Assembly (NCBI GenBank): GCA_964016885.1
Contig: OZ024759.1
Coordinates: 24,862,001-24,926,000, forward strand
Length of the DNA stretch: 64,000 nt
Source: Eledone cirrhosa
Taxonomy: Eukaryota
Reading direction: 5' to 3'
The notes beneath the pieces were generated by a model. It saw only the letters and a program-made list of their open reading frames with translations. It made no database searches and had not been told where the DNA came from. The translations under genes and the position numbers were made by a program. Shown one piece after another: positions 54,591 through 64,000 of this stretch. Within the stretch, counting starts at the first letter, position 1; every line of letters begins with the position of its first letter.

Positions 54591-55282
54591 CAATTAGAGA
54601 TGGTTGCCTCCAACAGGACCCGCTAGAAGGCCTGCTTCAGAACTGAGCCACCAACCCTCCCAGGAATAAGTCGATATAGGAGGAGGAGGAGGAGGAGAAA
54701 TGATATTGAATGATGAAAATGTTTCAGAATCAATATTGGCGACGCTGTTGCAAAGACAGGAAAAATATGGAGATCTGAAGGTAAATATTAGGAAGAGGTG
54801 CCAAAATTTCTTTAATGACTGTAAAATAGCTAAATAAAGTCAAACCAAGACAAGATCAGCCTCATCGGATGTAGGTGGAGTTACTCATATTTTAGTTTGA
54901 TGACGTCAGCATAGGATCATTTACTTTTTAGCTATTTATTTATTTATCAAATATCCTTTTCCAGTTGGAATATATCAATGTCGACAGAGAAGGGAATATG
55001 ATTTTGAAAGTAAAACAAGGCTGTATTGAAGGGTTGAAACAAAAAAATTGATGACCCATAAAGTGAGATTAAAATCAGAAACAAGTGAGTATGCAGTGGA
55101 TGAACATCATAGGAAAGAGAGAGAAGGGTTGTAGCATAAGGGTGACTGTGTGGAAATGGGACTGAGAACAAACAGAGCATGACAATGATAGTAATACAGA
55201 TGAATTTCAGCCATCTTGATCTCACTTGAGGCCAAACTCATCTCTCCCACTACAGTAAAGGGAGACTTCACTCTCAAGTGTT

Positions 55283-55575
55283 TAAGAGGCCTCATATGTT
55301 TTGTTAGTACTAACATTTCTAAGGAGCTAAGAGGCCCAATATGTTTTGTTAGTATCAATATATCTTAAGGGTTATGAGGCCTCATATGTTTTAGTAGTAC
55401 CAATATTTCTAAGGAGCTAAGAGGCCCAATATGTTTTGTTAGTATCAATATATCTTAGGGGTTATGAGGCCTCATATGTTTCAGTAGTACCAATATTTCT
55501 AAGGAGCTAAGAGGCCTCAGGAGTTTTGTTAGTACTAATATTTCTAAGGGGCTAAGAGGCCTCAGGTGTTTTGTT
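55283..55575. repeat. 39-bp tandem repeat, about 7 copies, abutting the GIY-YIG fragment
   Basis: aagaggcc(tc/ca)atatgttttgttagtactaatatttctaaggagct units. Confidence 0.85.
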
Positions 55576-55675
55576 TGTAAGAAAGTATGTTTTGATGTAC
55601 AGAAACGTCTGTGGATTGGCAGTATCGGTAGAGGGTCGGACGCCATGCTTTGATGCATAGAGTTACGGCCCTTGC

Positions 55676-56304
55676 TGTTTCAGCTCTGCTGTTGATGAGC
55701 TCGTGGGGTGCAGTTATGATGTGGTAGAGCTCCATGAGGCAAAGATCGCACTTCCTCTTGAAGTTGTATGGTGCAGCCCTGCCGACAATATCCCAGTGCA
55801 TGGAGAAGCTGATGTTTGAGTCCGTTAGTGATGTGATGTAGTCCGCAAGCGATGTGGAGTGTCTTAGTTTTTTATTTGTGAAAGAGTGGAGATGTGTTCG
55901 AAACCTAATTTTGAACGGGCCGGAGGTAGCCCCTATATAATGTTTAACACTATTGTGGCTAGTTACAGTGCATCTATATATAACCCTATCAGTCAAGCAG
56001 TATCCTCTAAGGGGGCAGCGTCCTCTGTCGCGGTTCCGTCTATTTCCCACGGTAAGGCTATCATTGTTGCTGCCTACGTTGTTACCTACGCTCCCGCAGC
56101 TGTCGTTAGCACCATTACAACCCACAGCATGCGGGGTGGTGTGATTGTTATTCCGCACGTCATGTCCTGCATGTTCCCCAGTCATTTCACGGTTATGCTG
56201 GTTGCGTCTGTGGAGGCCGTTGCCAGCAGTATTGGATGCTGCTAGGGAGTTGTTAAGGCCGATATAGTTATTGTCAGGTGTAGGTGCGTCTGTGTCGAGG
56301 TGCT
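55676..56304 (-). mobile_element. Penelope-like element fragment encoding a GIY-YIG endonuclease
   Basis: CPLRGYCL..VIY...YIGAT..FKIRF..H..SF...T.LADYI...W.I....Y....CDLCL.E...LINSR.E, a PLE GIY-YIG with an extra CxxC (Naiad-like). Preceded by an N/G/S/D low-complexity linker; no RT seen. Confidence 0.85.
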
Positions 56305-56640
56305 GTGTCTTGGTAATGACCAAAAGAATACAATCACAAACAGAAGCAGCCAAAATGGGGATCCTCCAAAGGGTCTCTGGAGTAACGTTATTCGATAGAG
56401 TACATAGCTCGGAGATCATAGAGTCATTCCAGGTAGAGCTGCTACTTCTCCAAATTAAGAGATCACAGCTACAATATTATGAGTGTGTTGTTAGAATGTC
56501 TCAGGAAAGAATTGCTGAACAGATTTTATGGACATAACCAACCAGCAGGAGACCCAGCCAGATCAGTTGGAGATGGGTGCTTCTGACAGGACCCACTGGA
56601 AGGAATGTTTAAGGACTGCCCCCACAACCCTCTCAGGAAT
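56305..56640 (+). mobile_element. RTE-like 3' fragment (third family; another copy at about 53175-53635)
   Basis: LVMTKRIQSQTEAAKMGILQRVSGVTLFDRVHSSEI...IKRSQLQYY.CVVRM; a homologous degraded copy lies at 53175-53635. Confidence 0.7.
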
Positions 56641-57032
56641 ATGTGAGAAAAGAAGATTATACATATATATATACATGGATCTGTAACTCCTGATGGAGTC
56701 ATAGGGGGCATTGTCTTGGAGACATTTTATAAACTTGGAGGATTCCATCACCCTCCTTAAGATAGGAGGGTATCATATCTACATGCATGTAATATCAATA
56801 TGCACACTACATATACGAGTTAAAAACCATCCAAAGGGTGTTTTTCTGAAAATATATATGTAACAAATGAAAATATATATGTAATAGATGAAAATATATA
56901 TGTAACAAATGAAAATATATATGTAATAGATGAAAATATTATATGTAACAAATAAAAAAATGGTTAAAATAAATACAGTAACAATGTGTGATATAAATAT
57001 CAAAAAAGCGAGGTAATAAATAAAATACTTAC

Positions 57033-57623
57033 AGGACAGAAATCTATTGTGAGGACAAGATTGTTAAGTTCCTTAGAGTAAACATCATGACTAATAATGA
57101 GTAAGGCTTGGTGAATATTGCGAACGTTACGTAAAGAATCCAAAAGCATCTTCAGATATTCCGCTCTGTCGTGGGCCTGTATAACTATTACCACACTGTC
57201 AGCATGCAAATGAAGTCCAAATTTGTCCAAGTTATGAATATATTGGTCACGGTTTATGTTGTGAATGACGGCCTTTGCCAGAGTCAAGTTGCTCATGTCA
57301 AACGTCATATTTGTAAGCAGTGTGGAATTCAACGACATCGGTGGGATTAGCAATCCGGTCCGACTCGACCAATACACCGATCCGTTGCTGAAATGTAAAT
57401 GACTCCACGCTTGCACGTGTCCGTTCTGTAAGTTCATTCCTGGTCCTATCATGCTGCCATCGAGAGTACCGGGACTCCCCGGTTGTACATTGTTCAGTAC
57501 GTGCATATTCACGATGACAAATAGAATTATGATGACAAACAGCAGAATCCGGAGCATCCGCCTGGGACGAAATCTCATTGGAATGGAAGAGCGCCCTGGG
57601 GTTACTCTCATTTTTATAACCAT
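57033..57623 (-). CDS. MGAT2: MGAT2 coding exon 1: cytoplasmic tail, TM anchor, stem and start of the catalytic domain
   Basis: ATG in gccATGg context at 57623. Hydrophobic anchor MLRILLFVIIILFVIVNM, then VIVIQAHDRAEYLKMLLDSL...LLIISHD...IDFCP as in GnT-II. Donor GTAAGT follows 57033 (phase 0, 197 codons). The exon acceptor (tttcatttctttctattttcag) precedes 57852, so 57624-57852 is 5'UTR. Confidence 0.95.
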
Positions 57624-58718
57624 GGCAGAGAATATATCTTCTTCACAACCATGTCAGTTTCTCAGTAGTTAAATTATGTTTGTGAAAATGCCAGCAGAGA
57701 GACAGTAGAGAGCCGAGGGTAGGGTGAACTGTTGTCTGAGAACAAGAGACAACAGCACAGCAAGAAGATATAACTGTAGAGTAAGAAGTGCTAGAGTCAG
57801 TGGTCTCCATTGGTAGTTGTGCAGAAGGCCATACTAACACAGTATTGCTGGTCTGAAAATAGAAAGAAATGAAAAAGTTAGTGTGACTATATATTCATAT
57901 ATGTATGTGTGAGAGGCATATGAGAGGCTATAAAAATGTTTCTTTACATAAATATTTCATGTATGATTCAATACACAACCCCAGTCTTATATATATACTA
58001 GCAGTGTATCCCGGCGTTGCACGGGTAAGAACATTGGTAATAGCACCTCCAATGAGAAACGTTTATTTGTGAGTGCCTGTTAAAAACTCACGAAAATATA
58101 CCAACAGTAAACTTGTTTTATTTGGAGAAAATTAAGAAGTTGAAAGTACAGTTTAGTTGTCTACATGCATTGTTCATAGAAATATTGTTGAGCCCCTTCT
58201 TTTCATACTCCTCCGTTTTGACCTATTGGAGTAAATGTGAAAGAGAAAGTCACAGGTTAAGTTGGCAGAAGGTTCCAGTACACCCCAATTTGAACTTGTT
58301 TATAGAATTCTTTCTGCCTTTGTCACTCTAAATATAAATTATAGCCTTAAAGAATTAGCTTTTAATGAATTCCCTTTTCTTTCAACCAATGACCTCCACC
58401 CATCCCACTTCCCACCCTCTCCTACCACCAGAAAAGATATAAATACCACAACATTTATTCCTGATGATTTCTAAAGAATGAAACAGTTCTAGTCCTGTAG
58501 AATCTCATCTACATTAAAACTTTTATACTCTGCTATGTATTGAGTACCTTTCTTACTGTGGTTAACCCAGAAAAACTTACCTATATATATATATATATGT
58601 TAAGTATTTCTGTAGAAAAAGTAAAGGAAAGAAGAGTGCCCTATGTATAGAACAGAGCTATTTAATTACATAATAAACAACACAATATAATTGTTCCATT
58701 ACCAAAGTAGATAACTGT

Positions 58719-58787
58719 TTCATCTGATGAACAAGCCAGACGTTTTTGTAAGGATCGTCTAGTTTCTTGAAACCTTTGGTAATGGAA
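58719..58787 (+). ncRNA. Type I hammerhead motif, fold-back family A
   Basis: ttcat-CTGATGA-acaagccagacg...cgtctagtttctt-GAAA-cctttgg-TA-atggaa; base of stem II partly decayed. Confidence 0.65.
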
Positions 58788-58822
58788 TAATAATTATATT
58801 GTGTTGTTTATTATGTAATTAA

Positions 58823-58879
<57 letters not shown>

Positions 58880-59179
58880 GTATAAATTGAAGTTGTAGCT
58901 GCCATAAAGCAGGTAATATTTGAGTTGTTTGAGGCAATCACAAAGCACTCAGTGGAGAGAGAAGTTAATACATTAGAGTTGTGAAATCTTGCATGTATGA
59001 ATTTCAATTCTTCTCATTAATAACTGCATTGTTTCTTTCCAGGATACTATGTTGAAAAATAAACCTCATTTGGTCATTCCATGAGAGCATCTTGGTCAGC
59101 TTATGAACTTTTCAGCCAACCTTCATACATACACACACATACATATGAATACACATAAATATACACACATATACATACA

Positions 59180-60222
59180 TGAAGATAAGTAGCAAGTGCC
59201 CACAGGATACTAGCTCCTTCTATTGCCCAGATGGTTCTATAGAAATAGTGGACACCTTCCGTTACCTGGGTGACAAAATCAGCAGTGGTGGAGGGTGCTC
59301 TGAAAGTACGGTAGCCAGAGTCAGAACGGGATGGAATAAGTTCAGAGAGCTTATACCACTATCGGCCACTAAAGGTTTCCCTCTAAAGATGAAAGGCAGA
59401 TTGTATGATGCCTGTATACGAACAGCAATGTAACATGGCAGTGAGACCTGGGCTTTGTGTGCAGAGGATCTGCGCAGACTGGAGAGGAACAAAGCAACCA
59501 TGCTCTGTTGGATGTGTAATAGTAATATACCCGAACGGCAAAGCATAAATGAACTAAGTGAGAAATTAGGAATAGGAGGGATCAGATGCTGTTTACTCGA
59601 GAGAAGACTACGTTGGTATGGTCACGTGATGCACATGAAAGATGACAGCTGTATAAAAAAGTGCAGGGCAATCAAAATTGATGGAAGTTATGGAGTAGGT
59701 AGACCCAGAAAAACCTGAGACGATTTGATAAATTCCGACCTTACACACTTACACCTCTCCAAGACAATGTCACTGGACCGAGATCTTTGGCGCCACGCAG
59801 TAATACAGAAGACCTGCCTTGTCTATGTACAAAGTGAAACCTACAGTCAGTAGGCACCTCTTAACCAAATATACACCCCATCCCACTACTCCTACTCCAC
59901 CCTCCCACTAACACCACCCCTTTCTCTGTAAAGTTATGTTGGTACCACAACATCCAGTCCAAAATAAATGAGGTCGTGTAGGTGTCATGACAAAAAAACA
60001 CAGTCCGTGCTATAATGTGGCCGTGTAGGTAACACGGTAAAAACCTCCCAGTCCACACTGTAAACATGGTTGGTGTTAGGAAGGGCATCCAGCCATAGAA
60101 AACCTGCCAGACAGTCCCATACGAGCGAGACATGGTCACCCAACCAATCTTGCCTCAAGTAGGACAATTCCAGTCTAAACACATGCTAGCCTGGAAGATA
60201 GACGTTAAGCGATGATGATGAT
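59180..60222 (+). mobile_element. 5'-truncated RTE LINE
   Basis: EIVDTFRYLGD...GWNKFRELIPL...KGRLYDACIRTAM*...RRLRWYGHV; tail gacgttaagcgatgatgatga. Confidence 0.9.
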
Positions 60223-60433
60223 AATGAAGAAATCATGAAGATAAATGTTAAAAAAGTAAATATTAGAAACATACACCCCCACCCACACCAGCACAACATG
60301 CCCCACCATCAGATACGTGAAGAAGGTATGTTTAACAACTACTGTAACAACTAATGCCTAGAGGGAGATATGAGGATATCTCAATGACATATAAACAGAA
60401 ATAACTCTTAGACCCAGGGTATTTCTCTCTCTC

Positions 60434-60471
<38 letters not shown>

Positions 60472-60589
60472 GTGTTTGGTGGTGGGGTTTATATACATAT
60501 ATGTTTGGTGGTGGGGTGTATATATATAGATATGTTTTGTGGTGAGGTGTATATATATATATATATATATATAGGTATGTTTGGTGGTG

Positions 60590-60623
<34 letters not shown>

Positions 60624-60633
60624 GTTTGGTGGT

Positions 60634-60664
<31 letters not shown>

Positions 60665-61065
60665 GTTTGGTAGCAGGGTGTATATATATATGCATATAGA
60701 TATGTTTGGTGGTGGTGTGTGTATATATATATCTGTTTGTGGTGGGGTTTATATATATATATATGTTTGGTGGTGGTGTGTATATATATATATGTTTGCT
60801 GGTGGTGTGTGTGTATATATATAGATATGTTTGCTGGTGGTGGGGGCGTATATATATAAATAGTAATAACCATAATATATACACTCAACATATCTATAAG
60901 TTAGTTTCTTAGTAGGGAAATCTACATAGCAGGCTGTTGCCTTGTGTGTGTAGGTGTTATAATATATTATATACATATATATATACATATATAGTAGGTA
61001 GGTGTGTAACAATAGACATGTATGTATATATATATATAATATACCTTTATACACCTACCAACTAT

Positions 61066-61102
<37 letters not shown>

Positions 61103-61515
61103 CGTGTGTGCGTGCGTGTGTGCTAATGCAAGGAAGGGTCTAGGGAGAATTTATAACCATTTATTACTTTTACATATGTTTCAACAACCAAACAAAAAAC
61201 TATAGATAGGGGATTAAGGGATGATTAAAAATAAATGTTCACCATTTAATAAGATAGCAAGATATGGAAGCAAGTTCATATACAAAACAAGTATTGGGAT
61301 TTTTTTCATTCTTTTGATGTCACCTTGGATAAATTTGTTTATTATAATTGCTGATTGTACAAACATCTTTGAGATTTAAATCTTCTTGATATTTCTCAAC
61401 AAAGGTTGATCTCTTAACCTATTAAACTTGTTTATATATATATACTTCATTGATAATAAACATTAAGACATATAGACACACACACACAAGTATATATATA
61501 TATATCTATATACAC

Positions 61516-61865
61516 AAGTTGACCCAAAAGTTCTGTTATAAAGGTTAAACAGATGTATTTTAGTCTAATCTGAACCAATTTACTTGAAAACTTGCACACT
61601 AGCTGTTAACATTTTCAACAATATTACAGCAAAACATTATTCAATAAATCCACCTCGTTTCTTTATTACAGCCTTAAGTCTACCAGGCACTGCTTCAAAA
61701 CCTCTAGTGGTATTTTATCCCATTTACACAACAGAGACCTCTTCAAAGCCGCTACTGAACAATGAGATTTAGCACAAGCATTGGTCTCCAAGATGAACCA
61801 AATGCTAAAGTCCATTGGGTTGAGATCTGGGCTTGAGGGAGGCCATTCTTGGATGCTTTTTCTCG
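61516..61865 (-). mobile_element. Tc1/mariner (maT-like) 3' fragment
   Basis: Minus-strand translation EWPPSSPDLNPMDFSIWFILE...WDKIP...KKRGGFIE*. Confidence 0.75.
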
Positions 61866-63924
61866 TGTTAAATATATATATATGTGTGTAATATACAGTA
61901 TATATGCATTTTTCATTGATGCAATAACTCAGTTTTTTTTTAGATTCTTCTTAGTAAAGGAAAACAACAAAACAGCTTCAACATTTTCGTTACCATATTT
62001 CTAATGAAATATATACACCCTGTGTTTTAATTCATTTTAAAAATTAAAAAAAATTGGCAAAATCTAATAAAATAACTCTTTCATTAGCAAGTTTGGAAAA
62101 TTACTCAGTGAAAAACTTTTAAAACCAAAATCAGCAAATCCTGTGTAAACACAACAGAACAGATAGAGTTATATGTGACAGAGAACAAAAGTCACGTTTT
62201 GTTGTTGAGGGCAGTGGAATATATTTCCTGTATAAAGTTGTGCAGAAACGAGAATAACTATCTGAAACTAATACAGACAGACACACATGCACACATACAG
62301 AGACATACACACAGACACACAAACACACAGAAATAAACATGTACCACTAAAAATATAAAACTAAAACAAAAAAGATATTTACAGTTGACCTACAGCCAAT
62401 GTAGAAGATATTTTTGTGTGATTACTTTATGATATGGTATGATATGGTCCCGTAACTCCTGAAGGAAGTTGTAGGAGCGCCATATTGACATATGGCGTGA
62501 CATAGGGCATTTTATTTTAAAACCTGGCAGAGCCCATCTCCTTTCCAGGTCTGAATATAGCAGATTTCTCCCAAGGAAGGATAGAGAGAGCGAGAGAATG
62601 GATGAAAGGCAAAGTTGAGCTCAGCAAACTACAGTGATAGAGAGTAAGTGAGAAAGAGATATAGAGGAAGTATCGATTCCATTATTTGACTGATACTTTT
62701 TTTTTATCGACCTTGAATGGATGAAAGGCAAAGTTGACTTCGATGGGATTTGAACTCACAGAGCAGAGAGCCGAAACGAATACTACAAAGAATTCTGTCA
62801 TGTGTGTGTGTGTATAACAACAGTTACAGGTAGCACTCTGTTCGAAGCACTCAATTCTGTGACGACTGACAGAAACACTGGGGGTGAAACTGTGTATGTT
62901 TGTATGAATGTATGTATGTGTGTGTTTTTTATAAGTGTATGTTTGTGTGAGTGTATGTGTGCCTGTTCGTTTATATTTAAATTCTCATACCATTAAATTA
63001 GCAGTTAATAAATGTGCTTATATTTGGTTAATTTACACTACATACAAAAATAATAATTGATATACATTTCTTTTCGATGTTGATACTTGTTTACAATAAT
63101 GAAAAAAAAATGTCTTTATTCTAAAAATTCCTCTCATACCTACAGCTGTTCCATTTGAATTTAAGAAGCTTCAGTTTCCAGTCAAACTAAGTTTTGTTAT
63201 TTCAATTAACATATCTCAGGGTCAATCCCTCAAGGTAGTTGGACTTGATCTCTATACTACATGTTTTTTCCCATGGTCAACTCTATGTTGGTTGCTCCCG
63301 AGTTGGAAGCAACAACAATTTATTCATTTGGACACCAACAAAAAATTACACAATGAATATTATTTACTCTGAGGTGCTTCAAGATTGACAGATTTTCATT
63401 TCTAAATTCTACTATCATTACAATTTTGATGTTTTTTAAAAATAAAATATAGATATTTTGAAATAATTATGATAAAAAATATATCTTCAATATTTATTGT
63501 TTACTATTCTGACTAAAAACAGCAGTAACCCAGGCAATGTCGGGTCATTCAGCTAGTATATATATATATATAATATCTATATCTAAAATATAAAATTATA
63601 TTTGGGAAAAGTAAACAAGATAAGAAGAAAAAAATCTTTATCTATTGACTTTAACCTAATATATTCTTTCCATATACTGTACTGATTGTGTTGCTCTTTC
63701 TGTTTACCTTTTACACACATCACACATATTTATTTAGGTTTGTTGGTTCACCACTGGATAGAGCTGGTCATTCCATATGGTCAGCCTCGATGTAATATTA
63801 TGAAGAGCACTCAACGTAATGCAACTCACCTGTCTTCTTTTGTGTAGTTGGTGGTGCGAGTACGGAGTTAATTATTATAAAATAACAGGAGGCTGGACTG
63901 GTGTAATTCCTTAAAAGGTTTATT

Positions 63925-63982
63925 ATACTATGATCATTTCAATGACCGAGTTCAGTGTGAATCCGGTGACATCATCAGGTAT
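63925..63982 (-). ncRNA. Minimal type I hammerhead motif
   Basis: atac-CTGATGA-tgtcaccggattcacactgaactcggtcatt-GAAA-tgatca-TA-gtat; stem III palindrome TGATCA. Confidence 0.75.
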
Positions 63983-64000
63983 TCGAAATATAACAAAGGA

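Noticed and set aside
57000-57032. ORF-track C-terminus VSILFITSLF making a 207-aa single-exon protein
   Set aside because: Read-through past the GTAAGT donor; MGAT2 homology resumes at 30095.
58000-64000. MGAT2 promoter or first non-coding exon
   Set aside because: No recognisable promoter or supportable exon; it may lie beyond the window.

Overview
AT-rich animal genomic DNA saturated with microsatellites, mainly (TA)n. The repeat landscape suggests an octopod cephalopod (inference). The only host gene found is MGAT2 (GlcNAc-transferase II) on the minus strand. I reconstructed 8 coding exons by hand between 57623 and 8997; all introns are GT-AG, all phases are consistent, and the CDS is 1467 nt (488 aa). 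The introns (27 kb and 14 kb for the largest) hold a full-length but frameshifted Helitron (46399-51626), RTE LINEs with a PHD finger, tRNA-headed SINEs, DD37D/maT and pogo remnants, piggyBac-like and Tc1-like MITEs, a Penelope-type GIY-YIG ORF, Tx1-like and REL-type LINE ends, and many minisatellites. The most striking signal is a dense set of predicted self-cleaving ribozymes in small non-coding inserts within (TA)n tracts. First, type I hammerhead motifs occur in at least five unrelated sequence families, several of them built as long fold-back palindromes with a one-sided tail (Penelope pLTR-like). Second, an HDV-like double pseudoknot sits exactly at the 5' end of two short bipartite RTE-derived elements. 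All RNA folds were derived by eye and are untested.
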